Shown here: piece after piece, positions 33,129 through 46,453 of the stretch
Layout: each line of letters begins with the position of its first letter
Numbering within the stretch: position 1 is the stretch's first letter
Assembly (NCBI GenBank): GCA_905178155.1
Contig: CAJINV010000005.1
Location: 3,885,556-3,949,555 of the forward strand
From: Amoebophrya sp. A120
Taxonomy: Eukaryota > Protista > Dinoflagellata
Reading direction: 5' to 3'
Length of the DNA stretch: 64,000 nt
Notes under the pieces: model-generated
Told to the model about the DNA's origin: nothing
Database searches by the model: none
Seen by the model: only the letters and a program-made list of their open reading frames with translations
Position numbers and translations under genes: made by a program

Positions 33129-36100
33129 CTAATCGGGGTCGAAAGCGTGTTCATCATCCTCATTCGTGCTGAGAGCTAGCATCATTTTCCAAAGTTCTTT
33201 TTGTTCGCGCTCGACGATTTTTTGTTCTTCAGCAACATGTAGAAAATGCTCCAGCAGCGGCCCGACTTCAGTGTTGCGATTTAACGTTTTTCTAGCTAGG
33301 ACTTCCGCGTTTTCGTGAAGCGCGGCGACAATGCTTTCATACGTTTCATCATTTAACAAATTCATCAGCTCTGTTGCCAGCACCCCGCCCGCGCAGCCGA
33401 TACGGGGGTTGTCGAAAAATGTCGTTACCCACAGCGAAGATGTCGAAGTGGCGTTGTTGGTACCAAGAACCGGATTGGTACCCAGGGTAGTAGTGGTTGT
33501 GTTCTTCCAACAGCATATTCCTACGTGCGGCTCTTGATCTGCAGCAGACCTCGTCAACAGGATCTCCTGCTTCCCCTTGCGCGGCCGCAGTCGGGGTAAC
33601 ACTGGTCGCAGGTTTTCGGAGAGGTTGTAGTCCCAAAGAGCCTTTAGTTCCTCGGCGACTGTCGGGTGCAGAAGCTCGGCAGAAGGCATTCCAAGGAAAG
33701 AAACATATGGCAGAGCAGAGCCTGACCTTGTCTCGCTCTGGCCACCGTAACCAAAGCCGTCGGTATGCGTCTTCTCGTGAATCGTGTCAACATCGCCGCA
33801 CAAATTTTCGCGCTCACCGCTGGCCACATAGCTTCCACTCCCTTCAGAGTCGACATGAACGGGTGGAGAAATGTTAGGCGGCGGCATTTGACCGCTCTCC
33901 CTGGCGCCGCCAGTGGAGAGCGGGTTTGCGACTTCACAAGAAAAACTCTCTTCTGCGAGTCCATCCTTGTGCGAAGCGGTAATGAGGGCGACCGCGAAAT
34001 GCGCAGCGCAGCGGCCGAGGTTGTACGTGTCGAGGAGCTCGCAGTTTGCTGGCTGGTCATTCATGAAGGGGACGCAGAGCGTCGGCACAGAAAAACCAAC
34101 GGCCTCGGACAGTCCACCGGTTCCGCAGTGGGACAAGAATGCAAATTTGATGTTGTTGGCGCCGCTGTGAAGAAGATTTTTATCTGAGTACTTCTTTCTC
34201 CACCGTCCAAAGTGGCGAAAAAGTTCTGCCTGTGGGGCCTGCCCCGGGATGAGGCGCACGTTCGACGGCAGGGACGTAGGAACGTCCGACAGAAGCCGCG
34301 CATACACCACTTCCCTGACCACCATGCAGAATAGCACACGAGGAAGTTTGGTGAATTCGTCGAATAGATAGCGCAGCCCAGTGTCGGTAAACTCGATCGT
34401 GCTTTGGGTGCCCCAGGAGACGTAGACTAGAGCGTCGAAGGCTGATTCGCGCATCAGATTCTCCATTTCTCGAAGAAGCGGCGAAACAATCTTGCGCTTG
34501 GGGTCGAGGGCTGCATGATCTTCAACCTCCGCCTCCACAGGCTGCTCGTATCAAATGTAAAAATGTCTGGGTCTGGAAGAATGCAACTGGTGATGCTAAC
34601 TTTGGACTCTAGAAAAATCTGTATTGCATGACCAGCAAGAGGAGTCTGCTTTGTGCTACGCGGGGAGGGCGTTTGTCATGCGGAGTAGGCATCAGGAAGC
34701 CCTCTCAAAATCTGTGATGCGCGGTCGTGCATTATAGACGTCCTGGGTCATGCAAAACATGCATGACAAATCTCAGAATCTTCCAGACCCAGACATTTTT
34801 ACATTTGATAGCTCGGTGACGAGCGCAAAAGGTGCCGAGATCGGCTGCGCCGAGCGCGCGTCGCGAACCGTGAATCGTTTCGCGATAGCATCTGCGTCGG
34901 GTGCCGGTCGTGCCGGCCAATCGAGAAACGTGCTGGATGTCGGCGTGGAAGACGCTGTGTCCCATGCTTGCGGTTCCCCTGCAGGGGTCGAAGATGGGCC
35001 AGAACTAAGCTCCTGAGTGCCAGCAGCAGGGTTTAGTGTTTGCAGATGTTCCTGCCTGCAATACACGCCGTTGGCACCAGCGCAAGTTCCTAGTGCGTTT
35101 CGCGCAGAAATGGTTTTGTTAGAATTGCCTTTTTCCATTACCATCTCCGCACTGCGTGGTCTGGTTTCGCCGTCCTGAGGAAGCTGGTCAACCACCGGCA
35201 GGAAATGGTTGATCAGGCGCGGGGAGCGCAGAATCCTGTAGGCGATGCCGTGCGGGTCCTTTTGCCACCCCGAGTTTTTCGCCGCCCTGTTGTAGTCCTC
35301 GAGGTGTTTCAGGCCGTCTTTGACGTTGCCGCCCCACAAAACCACGGGAATGTCGTCGCTTTCGCTGCGGATATGCAGCACGTGGGCCGGGTTCCAGGTG
35401 TGCAGCACGTCCGCGATGAGGAGTTTGACGTTCTCTAGACGCATTTTATTGTGAGGAAAAATGCCCCCTCCCCATATCGAAAGCGAAATTTGTGTTGCTG
35501 TATTTGAGTACACAAATCGCATTTGTCTTGCTGGAGAGGACTGCAGACCAATATCAAGCCGGAGTAGAGAGGCTTTGACTTAGGCACTTAGCATGAAAAG
35601 CGTCCGTGATGTTGGCTCAACAGCATGACAAACCGCCTCCATAATGGGACGGAAGCTGCTGCCCTTGTCTTCTTGCAACACAAACGTGATTTGTGACCTC
35701 AAATCAGCAACACAAATTTTCGAAAACCTACTTCCTCAATATGGGGAGGGGGGATTTTTCCTTGCGATACATTTTCCTCCAAAACCACTGGTACCAGCGA
35801 GCGCCGTAGGGAAAGCAGGCTCCTTTCATCTGGATAAGCAACTCGCGACGTGCTTTACTGTCGTCTCCCTCATCCGGCGGGCGGGCACGATCATAGGATT
35901 TTTCGTTCTTTTTGAAAAAACTGGCTCCAGGGGGAAGCGCTACGAATTCGAACAGCAGCTGCCCCCAGTGAACCAGCAAATCGCAAGGACGGAAGGGGAT
36001 TATGGTGATACCTTCGTTCGCCACCCGCTCCAAGTGCGGCTGCGGCGGTGCGAAGTCCATCCAGAGAACGTCACTTTGCTGCGGGCTCAGCGCCGGGTTT

Positions 36101-36792
36101 ACCCCAATGCCCCAAACCGCATCGTCAGGAGCGTCCGCATCGCTTTCATCGACGCCGCCTGAAGAGCTACCAGGGTCTTGCAGAACTGTCGTCGAACTCG
36201 AAAATGTAGGTGTTGCAGCATGATCTTCCTCTTGAGTAGTTGCGGATTCTAGAGAAGCTTTGCTGTCGCGAAAAATTTCCGGCACTGCATCCCGATGCAC
36301 TTCTACGGTTGTTTCCGGAACGATGCCCGCTTTTTCTTGCTCTCTCTGCGTACTGCCGCGGATTGCGTAGCGGTTTGGGCTTTCTTCTACGTAGACGAGG
36401 AGGTAGTTTGTCATGTTCGTCCCACCTCCAATCTGATTTATTTCGCCCTGCTGTTGGTCATCTTGTTGATTTGTCGGAGTGTGATTACGCAACACCAAAG
36501 AACCAACTGGCGTGACAAAAAACACTTTGTAACCCCTCCGGACGAAGTGCTGCATTGCGGGCACTGCGGCGCTCATCTCCGTTTTCGCAAACTGCGAAAA
36601 TACCACGGCCTTTTCGCTTTTTGGTTTGTTAGTGTCTGCGCCAATATCAGGCTCGGGGATATGTGCTGCTGCCGGGAACGAAAAAAACTTGACCACCGTC
36701 GTCGACAGCAAAACAACAGGAAGAAAGAAGTGACTGCGCCGCCAAGAAACGGTTGCAACAATCATGTGAGGCGAATAATACATGTTTGACAC
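33129..36792 (-). CDS. UDP-glycosyltransferase (GT1/UGT family) with N-terminal hydrophobic leader; 2 introners
   Basis: UGT signature APQAELF...FLSHCGTGGLSEAVGFSVPTLCVPFMNDQPAN; N-terminal FVRRGYKVFFVT; junctions WRKM|RLENV and LVTE|QPVEAE. Confidence 0.85.
34549..34810. mobile_element. Introner family A (262 bp)
   Basis: Perfect TIR tatcaaatgtaaaaatgtctgggtctggaaga; perfect DR gctcg. Confidence 0.95.
35447..35769. mobile_element. Introner family C variant (323 bp)
   Basis: tattgtgaggaaaaatgccccctccccatat ... atatggggaggggggatttttccttgcgata; perfect DR cattt. Confidence 0.92.
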
Positions 36793-37182
36793 TACACCTG
36801 TTTATGTTTTCTCGAAAACAAACAACGGAAGTACTTACTTACATTTTCTGGGTCAAGGGCAGCATGAATTACTTCGAAGAAGTTGTTTTACGATTAATGG
36901 GACGAACCGGCCCCATAAAGATACATACACTTGATTCAGGGCGATTGGGAAGGAAACAGAAAGGCAAGCGAACAGACATACATTGCATATGCATTCACGA
37001 AGGGGACGAGTTTGCTTTCTGCGCATAGCTTCGTGCGAGCTGCGTTTTTATCATTTGCATAGAGGTCCTCGCTGGAACTTCCGCTTCAGGAAGCACTGCA
37101 CTACTAACAAACTTGTGTGTCGCTTGATCAATGAGATTGTTTTCATTTCATCTACGTATAGCTGCTCAAGTGCGTTCGCTCC

Positions 37183-40100
37183 TCATTTTTTCCGAAACTG
37201 TTGTTTCAAGGTCCAGACCGACGGCAGCATTTTGTTCACCGGTTTGTCGAGCACGCAGAGCTCCTGCAGGACGTTTTTGAATAGGTGTTTGTGATGCGGC
37301 GCCACCTGTCCGTCGAAGTGGTTTATCAAATGCAAATATGTCTGGGTCTGGAAGGATGCGAACTTGTCATGCAGGTTTTCCAAGACGCATGAGGTCTGTC
37401 ATACATAATCTAACATGATAGGTTCTGCGCGACCTCCATCATGCCTCGCCTGCATGAGATACTTCCTCCCAACTTGGCCAAGAGTGGACACTTTTGGCAT
37501 TCATGCAACACAAATTTTTGCACGCTCCAGAATTAGCATTACAAGTTGCATCCTTCCAGACCCAGACATATTTGCAGTTGATATGGTCCAGGACCTGGGT
37601 GGTGCTCGCCGACCGGTGCGGGCACACGCGGTCGTTCAGAAAGAACGAGAGCACGTCCTTGGCCAGCTTCACGTCGGCGGTCTCGACGCGGGAGCCCAGC
37701 AGCTCCTCCTGCCGCTCCGCCCGCTCCTGCAGAATCTCCTGCTGCTCGCGGTCGAACCGCTGCAGCTTGTTTTCGCGGCGCACGATCCGTTTCTTGCTGG
37801 ACTCCATCTGGCTGTCGCCGCCCTGCTTGAACTGCTGGATCGCCTTTATTTGCTTGAACTGCTCCACCGCGGAGTTCACCGACGACTGGTTCGTGCCGGC
37901 ATTCACGCTGTCGAACCGCTGCAGCTTCTCGAACCGCTCGCGCCGCTGCTGCGTCAGCTTCTGCATCACGTTCTTCTCCTGTACGACTGGGTTATTGACG
38001 CCCCTCGAGGATGAAGACGAAGAGGTGGACCCTGGGACCACAGTAGGGACATTTGCGTTGTTGTAGCTGCTGGTACCAGCACTTCCACTCGCTGTTGTTC
38101 CACCGGCAGGAGGAGCGATGTTGAATAAATGGTGTTTATTATAATTATCCCGGCCCGCCTTCGTGTTCCCCGCTTCGCCCTTCCGCCCGGTCCACGTGGG
38201 CACGGAGACCGCGTGTTGGCGCCGCATGTCGCGGGACGCCTCCAGCGCTTGCAGTGCCTGCTTTGCGCGCTCCCGGCCGTGCAAGACCAGCCCCGAGTCC
38301 AACGACGGAGCGTGCTCCACGCGGTCGTGCGAAAAGCTGGACCGCACCAGCCCCCGACTCGGATCCAGCAAGGAGGCGAGCATCGCCTTGTTTTCCTGGC
38401 TGGCCTCGTCGGACGGCTTGTTGGCCTCGGGCAGGGGGTTGTCGTTCAGGTCCCCGAGCAGTTTGATGGTTTCCACCGTATCTTGGTCCTCGTCTGGGTT
38501 CGCGGCGCCGTTCTTCTTTCCTTGGTTAAACTTTTGGAACAGCTGGCGAAACCTCTCTTTGGTGGCGAAATTAATGGGGTTCGTCGCCCCGCCCGCCGCG
38601 CGGGGGAAGCCGCTGCTGATCTGGTCGTGGTCCTGGAGCAGGGTCGCATTCGGGTCCCACCCCGGGGGCGGTGGGGGCTCGGTCAAGAGGTCTTGCGCGT
38701 CGTTGATTTTCATGAACCTCTTCTGCCGTGGGTCGTTCAGAATCTTCTGCGACAGAAAGTGCTTGAAAATTTGCCGGTGGTAGATCTTTTCCTCCAGCGT
38801 CCCGGCCGTGACCAAACGGTAGACGGTGACTTCGCGCTGCTGCCCAATCCGCCAGGCGCGCTCCCGCGCCTGCACGTCGGTGCTGGGGTTCCAGTCCGGG
38901 TCGAACAGCACCACCCGGTTGGCGCCGGTGATGTTCAACCCGATGCCGCCGACTTTGGTGTATCCTATGTAAAAACGTCCCCACCCCATAGTCAAGATGG
39001 GGACTCGGCTAGACAAATCCACAAGTTTTGGCTGTTTTGCATGACAAATTTGGACTCGCAGTGTAGTGCTATTTGAGCTAGCTCGGCAGCATCACAGATC
39101 TAGCATATCATGCTGATTGGGGCATGACAAATTCCAGAACACGACTGGAAAGCGCTTCTCATGGGGCTCCGCATGAGAAACATTTTCGGCATGCAGATTT
39201 GCATGACAACTCTGGGGTGGGGATGTTTTTACTCGGAATATGGTGCTCATGATCATCACGAAGATGTCCTCCGTCTCGTTGAATTTCGCAATCAGCCGCT
39301 GCCGCTGCGCCACCGGCGTTTTCCCGTCCATCCGCAAGCTCTCGTACTGCAGCTCCGTGCTGATCCAGTTCTCCAGAATCTCCAGCATCTGCACCGTCTG
39401 GGTGAACAGCAGCACCTTGTGCCCGTCCTTCTTCCAGCGCTTCAAAATCTCCCCCAGCACCAGCATCTTGCCGCTCCGCATCACCGCCCCGTAGTCCTGC
39501 GGCAGCAGGTCCGGGTAGTCCTTCAGCAGCAGGTCCGGGTGGTTGCACAACTTGCGCAGCACGCTCATGATGAAGAAGATTTGCGGCGTGCCCGTGCGGG
39601 TGCCGGCCAAATTGCCCTGCATCCGCGCCTGCTTCACCTTGTCGGTCTGGAGGAAGTCCAGGTACACCTGGTACTGCTGAGGGGTCAGGTTGCAGAACAA
39701 GATCTGCTCCTGCTTGGGCGGCAACCGAACGATGTCTTGCACGTCGGCCTTGGTCCGCCGGAGCTGAATATCCACTGCAAATTTGCTTTACATGTCTGGG
39801 TGTGGGCTGAAGTTGCCAGCAAACAAGCACCCCCCACAACATACTTAGCTAGTTACCCATGACAAACTTTTGAGATGCCTTTCCGTCGCCCGCTCCACAT
39901 GACAAAGCGCGGCTTTGCGTGACAAACAACAAGAATCCGTTTTTCTTTATTTGCGCAACCTCAATGACAGGATGCACACTCTTGTTGGCCGAGCATCGCA
40001 GGTCTTATCGTCCACTTTGTCGTCCCAGACCCAGACACATACAGTTGCACTGCATACAGAAACGGCAGCGTTTCCTCCCGGAGGATCTGAGCCGCCTGGT

Positions 40101-43100
40101 ACGCGGCTTCCACCATGCGTGGCGTGGCCGTCATCTGCCCCCCCGCTTCGATCACGTCGGAGAACTGTTGCTGGAACACGGGTATGGCAGTGCAAAAGTT
40201 CTTGTATCCCACTCACGACACTAACTGCAGTCATGCATGACAGATGCCCGCCCGAGTAGAAGATCAACATGCAGATTTCAACATTTTTCGTTTGTTGCGA
40301 GCCTGAAGTTTGTATATGCGAGTCATGCTAGTGCGATTCTATTCTTTGTCTTTTGCGATGCATAACTGGGAAGGTGCCCAGCAGCCCCGGTTGGATGAAG
40401 TCGAAGATGCTCCAGAGTTCGGAGAGCCGGTTCTGGATCGGCGTGCCCGACAAAACGATCGGGTATCAAATGTAAAGATGTCTGGGTCTGGAAGAGGAGA
40501 ACGAAGTTTGTCATGCACAGTTTCCATGAGCCATGATGTCTGTGATGTATGCCATAGCATCATAGATTTCTTGAGCGCCTATCGATGCGCATCCTACATG
40601 ACAAATGCCCTCTCCGCGTAGCCAAATTTGACTCCTCTTGCTGCTCATGCAATACAGACTTTCTTAGCATCCAAATGCAGCATCACAAGTTTGCATTCTT
40701 CCAGGCCCAGCCATATTTGCAATACATATCCGGTGCGGGGTGTCGATCTTTTTGCAGACCAGCGTGATCGCCGCGTCCGGATTGCGGATCTTGTGCCCTT
40801 CGTCCATGATCAGGTACGTCCACGGGTAGTTGAAAATCAAGGATTCGCTGTAGATCCGGAACGTTTCGTAGGAAGTGATGAGGATGCCGTTGTTCGCGGT
40901 AATCTTCTCCATCATCTCCTCCTTCAGTTGGGCGTCCACCTGGTGCATGATACTCACCCGAAAGACCGGGAGCCATATCCTGAGTAAAAACGTACCCACA
41001 CCAGAGTCAGGATGGGGATTTTGCAACACAAACCAAGGAGTTTTGTGAGTCACGCATGACAAGTTGCGCTCCGCAGTGTAGTGCAGGTTAGCAAGTGCAG
41101 CCGCATCACAGATTCATCGGCTCATCCTGTTCACAGCATCACAAATTCCAAAACACGACTGGAAATGGCTCTCATGGTGATGCGCATTACAAGTCTTCCT
41201 GTCTTTGCAAATCTGCATTACAACTCTGGTGTGGGTATGTTTTTACTCAGGATAAACCAGGATTTTATCTCGTCCCGCCACTGCTCCACCAGCGTGGTCG
41301 GGCACAGGATGATATCAAATGCAAAAGTGTCTGGGTCTGGAAGATTCTGACACTTGTCATGCACGTTTTGCATGAGCCATGAGGTCTGGAATGCGAGACC
41401 TAGTATGACAAATTCTGTGAGATCCACATCATGCCTATCCTGCATGAGAAACTTCCTCTCAACTTGGTCAAAAGTGGACAGCCTTTGGCATTCATGCAAC
41501 ACAGATTTTTGCATGATCCAGAATTAGGATTACAAGTTGCAATCTTCCAGACCCAGACATTTTTGCAATCCATAGATGAGCACGCCGCCGGTTTTTGGCG
41601 GCCCGGTGCCGAACTGCCGGGTGGTGGCGGTTTGCAGGATGTTGCTGTGGTACAGCGCGGCGAGGAAGGCCACGATCTGGATGGTCTTGCCCAGCCCCAT
41701 CTCGTCGGCCAGGATGCCGCCCACCTGCTGCTTGTGCAGGTTGTACATCCACTTCACCGCGGTCTTCTGGTAGCCGTACAAGTTTATCCCACAGAAAAAA
41801 GCTGGCAGGGCATATTTGTAATGCAAAAATAAATACACAGAAAAATGTGCCATGGGCGGCCTCATAGCATGCTATTTAGGATATGCAATACAAGTTTTTC
41901 TGTCTATTTATTTTTGCATTACAAATATGACCTGCCAGTTTTTTTCTGTGTGATAAAGTTGTCCCAGATGTAGTTCGGGATGCGCAGCTCGCCGGGCACG
42001 ATCCAGGAGTTCTTCTCCGGGTTCGCGCGCGTGTCCTGGTCCAGCTCCGGGTTCTCCTCGAGCTGCTTCGTGTAAAAGTCGTCGTCCACGTCGTCGAACG
42101 CACGCAAACGCGCACGGTCCGCGGCTTTCACCAGCTCCTTCTCGGCCTCCGTCCGCAGGTGGGCGGGTTTCAGGAGAACCTCCTTGGGCACGCGGACTTT
42201 CCGCGGGTCGTCGTCCTTCAAGTGCTTCCGCGTGCCGCTGATCTGCTGGTGGTGCGTCTTGTGGGGCTTCTTTCCGTGCGGCAGGAAGCGAGGACCGTCC
42301 CGATGAGTATTTTTATCCGTCATGTTGTCAACATCCATATTGGTAGAATCATTATCGTCATTGTCGTCGCGATTTTTGTCCTTCCCTGTGGTCCTCGTCG
42401 TGCCCCCGGGGGTATTCAGGATCATTCGCCGCCGGCCGTTTTGATGCGCGCCATCATGATTGCCGAACCCGCGCACCGGGTTCACTTCTCCAGTGGAACC
42501 GTACTTGATGAGGTCCTGCGTGCGCAAATCCAGGTCCTGTACGCTTCGGGCCTTGTGCTCCTGGTCCCACTGCTTTTGGGCCTTGAGCTTCTTCTGCCGC
42601 AGCTGCACGGCCCGCATGTCCAGGCCGCCCGTGCTGCGGGGCTGCAGTTGCGTGCCCATCAGGGGAAAGATCCGGGACTCGGGGCGGAGCTTTGTCTCCT
42701 CATCTTCCTGCTTCTGCTTCTCGATCTTCGCGTTGGCCTTTGCTGTCTTATCACGGAGCCAGGACATCAGCTCATTAGGGGATCCGCCGTCCTGCATACT
42801 GTCGTCGTCGAAATCGTCCACGACAAAGTCGTCCACAAAGCTGATCCCGTCGACCTTCTCGTCATCATAATTCTCCTCGTGATTTTTATCTGCATTTCGA
42901 TTTTGCCTTGTGTCAACAAAAAAGTCGTCGTCGGCTTCCAGCTTCAGCGAGCCTTCCGCGCCGGAGCCGCGATGCAGCGAGGAGTGCGCGCGCGAAAGTC
43001 GGGGCGAGTTTTGATCCAGCTCCTTGGATGCAGATCGCGAGCGCGCTCGCGCGGGCCCCTTGTTTTGGCGGGCGCCGCCCCGGGGGGATGAGGGAAGTTT

Positions 43101-44914
43101 GGCGATCGTCCCGGATTTTTTGCGAAACGGGGCCGTCGGGTAGTGGTACTGCGAGGAGGTGGCGCCCACGGAACCGGTTCCGCCCGACTGGTTCTGCGAG
43201 TGATGCTGCGTATTGTTGCCACGGGACGCAGACTTCTGCGCCTCGTCGACGGAACTGGATCTCTGCTGGTGAAGATGCAGCAGATTCTATCCAAGAAAAA
43301 AACTGTGTCAGGGGAAATGTTTTGGATGAGGTGTAGTTACTTTGCATCAGCATGACAGAGAACATACTTTACAAACCTGTCATGGACCTTCATCGCTTGG
43401 ACGTGAAAAGACGACGTATGAAACTACTTATCAGCCTATGATGCATTTAGCCAGCAGGACACTGTTTTACAAACGTCTGCAGCTACACAAGTTCTGTACA
43501 CCTGCAAAGTTTTTCTTGCATAGATTTGTGGGCATCTCGGTCCACAGATGCGTCATGTCGATCACGTCGCTCGAGTGGCTCAAGCTGCTCCTTCTCCGAC
43601 TGGCTTGCTGCCGGGGGCTACTAGTTGTGTTCTGTGCGTGGATTACAGCGCCAGGCGCGGGTAGCTGCTCCTCCTCAATAGACGAAGACCGCCGTTCCCG
43701 CTTCACTATCGGTGGCACAGCTTCCGCTGAGGAAGAACTCTCTTGCTTTACCTGGACGTAATGCGACGTGCTGCTTGCTTGCGCTGGTGGTGCTTGCATT
43801 GGTCGTTTCTGTTGCGTTGTACCCGTGGAAGCGGCTATTTCTGTTTTGACCTGTATCTTATCGCTTCTTAACTCGTCCGAGACGAAATCCCAGTCTCGGC
43901 CCTGGTCTGCAACGCGCCAGTGCGAGGAACCCGACGCTTTATTATTTTCTTGGATTTGCCTGTTCTTCTTCGAGTGCGGGTCCACGTCGGCGGTGATTAC
44001 GCCAAAAAGATCTTCCTCGGTCATGTGCTGTTCCTTTTCCCGCGCAGGGGAAATTCTGCGTCGCTTTCGCTCTCGTCGCTGGATGTCGATCCCATCTTCT
44101 TCGTCGTCGCCAAACGTCTTCATACCGAAAGAGAGGTCCTGTTGATGCGCTGCTGTGGCAGCATTTCGGTGAGCATGTTGCTCCGGCTCCGAGGAGCTGG
44201 GCAATAAATTCTCCGCGAAGGAGCCACGACCGGTGCTGTCCTCGGGAGAGCTGCTTGCGACAGGAACGAAATTCAGATTGTCTTCGTTTAGACGCTCGCC
44301 GGAATTCATGTAGCTCATGTCCTGCCCCAAGTCAATTTCGCCCTGCAGCCGATCGCGATCCGCTTTTAGTCGAGCCTTTTTTTTCCAATCAGATAAAAGT
44401 GACGACTCATCGGCTTTTGGGCTTCTGGTGTACATTACATACGACAAAATATCCGTGTGACTCAATCTGTCCATCTCAATCTGCTCCACGAAGCTAGGTG
44501 CGCGCAGGAGTTTTTTTACCAGGGCGGTTGTTTCCGGTAAAGTAAAATGCAGGCAGCCCATACTGATGGATGCTGCTGCGGATCGGTACTATACAATTGC
44601 AACAACTGCAATTGGAAAGAACAAAGAAAGAGTACAGTTGAATAATATTGATCTTCTAGTACCAATTTTTCCTCCTCTGCACGCAGCTTGCGTTGTGTTT
44701 CCGCGAGGGTGCTCGCTCTTGGGTCGTTTGTCTGCATCCTCTCCACCATGCGCTGCAGCTTCGCCACTTCGAGTTCGCTTCGGCGGACGTCGCGCTTCAC
44801 TTCGTGTATGGACGTTTGCGCGTCCATGACTCGTTTTATCTTGGATTCCACGGAGCTTTGCTGTACCATCTTGACGCCCAACGACGCCAAGAGGTCATCA
44901 TCTTCCGGCGGCAT
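37183..44914 (-). CDS. ERCC6: Transcription-coupled repair SNF2 ATPase RAD26/CSB; 9 introners plus one GT-AG intron (44589-44662)
   Basis: N-terminal [10 protein letters not shown]; motifs [102 protein letters not shown]; C-terminal winged-helix-like [22 protein letters not shown]. Confidence 0.95.
37324..37583. mobile_element. Introner family A, alternative-core subfamily (260 bp)
   Basis: A TIRs; DR tggtt/tggtc; restores VLDHFDGQ. Confidence 0.92.
38961..39240. mobile_element. Introner family D (280 bp)
   Basis: D TIRs; perfect DR tggtg; restores [12 protein letters not shown] (helicase motif V). Confidence 0.95.
39769..40056. mobile_element. Introner, diverged A-like (288 bp)
   Basis: tatccactgcaaa..tgtctgggt ... 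cccagacccagacacatacagttgcactgcata; DR ctgaa/cagaa; restores PFLLRRTK. Confidence 0.9.
40183..40364. mobile_element. Highly degenerate introner (182 bp)
   Basis: tatggcagtgcaaaag ... cttttgcgatgcata; DR acggg/actgg; restores LGTFPVFQQQF. Confidence 0.8.
40464..40728. mobile_element. Introner family A (265 bp)
   Basis: A TIRs; DR tcggg/tccgg; restores TPHRIVLSGTP (motif III). Confidence 0.92.
40976..41254. mobile_element. Introner family D (279 bp)
   Basis: Near-perfect 32-bp TIR; DR agcca/aacca; restores KSWFPVFRV. Confidence 0.95.
41313..41574. mobile_element. Introner family A, alternative-core subfamily (262 bp)
   Basis: A TIRs; perfect DR gatga; restores [14 protein letters not shown] (motif Ia). 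Confidence 0.95.
41785..41955. mobile_element. Introner family F (171 bp, long TIR)
   Basis: About 55-bp TIR tatcccacagaaaaaagctggcagggcatatttgtaatgcaaaaataaata; perfect DR aagtt; restores IWDNLYGYQ. Confidence 0.95.
43288..43522. mobile_element. Degenerate introner, F-like (235 bp)
   Basis: tatccaagaaaaaaact ... agtttttcttgcata; DR gattc/gattt; 240-nt excision joins ORFs 43467-44561 and 41919-43169 in frame. Confidence 0.8.
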
Positions 44915-46453
44915 GACTCCCAAGGATAATTCCAAGCGCAGTGTTTGTTGTTCGCCTCTCTGCCTTCGAAGTGCTAACCGTGTCAATCTGTGCTTTGTCT
45001 CTCGCTCGCCGCGCTTCCAGTAGGGGGAACCACCCGCACCCTCAAAGTGACGCTATGGAAGAGCGTGAACTGCAGTTGCCGTTTGACATTGCTCCGTCCG
45101 AAGCTCATGATTCTAAAAAGGAGACACAGTTGTCGTGTGATAGCAATCCGAAGCCGAACAAACACAGTTCCATAAATACATATGTATACAAAGTCAACAG
45201 CACAAAAAATACGAAGAATACGTCAATAATTGTAAATCGAGTGAGCTTGGTTTGGATGCGTGGTGGTATTGCTTGTTACTCATTGCGCTGGGTCGTGCGT
45301 TGACTGGAATAACAGATTCTTTTTTCGGCTGGGGAGCTAGCTAACAAAGTAGACAGAAGCAAATGGCTCAGTACCAACTTACTTTCTTAGTGTTACTTCA
45401 AAAAAAAAACGATACTATAACAAAAGCTGATCATTCTACTACGGGAGGCGAGAGAGTACGAAAATCCAAGCATAAATTATATGAGGTGCCTGGTCGAATT
45501 CGAGAAATGCACAGCCGCGGGCGAATTATAGATGCTTTCAAGCTCTTCCGAAACGATAAGTCAAGGCAGATCCGATCAGGCAGAGCCATCACGATGCTAT
45601 GTGTGCGTCAGCAAATATTTGATATCTTCACTAGGCGATTGCTTGGAAAGGATTCATTCTCGTTTCACTTTTTCTGAACTTGTCTACCAAGGGTCAACTT
45701 CCCATCATTGCGGGCCCCAAGAGTTGACTTGACCTTGAGGGAGATAGCTGCAATGAAGGAGACAGCACACGACAATCCGAGAGGACTATAATTGAGTACT
45801 CAGTGCACTACGGTAATAAATTGCAGCAAGTTTAGAAGAAAAACAATCAATGCCACCGACGTGTGTGCCTGTGCTGTAACATCTGAGAAACGGTGAATTT
45901 CGAATACCGGCGGGCGCGCCCTTTTCCAGCCGGAGGCTAGCTGTCGGTGCAAATCACCACTGGCACAACAACATTTTGGTATTTTACATTTTTGTTGTTC
46001 ATTAGCCAAACCTTTGAAACATTGTTGGCAAGTGCCGAGTCTGGAGCTCACTTGTCTTTTAAAATTGAAGACGATCGCGAAAAGTGCTATAACTGAAAGT
46101 TCGTTGATAACTTGCACATGTTGAAACGTGACGTTGTTTAAAGGAAACGAAAGGGGTTGGATCTGAAAAGTGTTTTTGCGAAAAGGTGACAAAAGTGCGC
46201 CAGGCTTTACAAAATTTTGAATCTTCTTCCTGTGATGCAGTTCATTTTGGCGGAACTGGAAGGCGTTTTTTCGAGTGCTTATGCCACAAAGAAATCAACA
46301 TGAAGTCGTAGTTTCAAGACCTCTCATTGAATCCTTCCTACAGTAAATAGAACAAGGGCCGCTCGTCATACATAAGTAAACGTGACGATGGAGCAAGCAG
46401 CAGTTTTATAAAACTACGGCACCCGAGTTCAGCATCTTCTTGAAGCATCCGTC

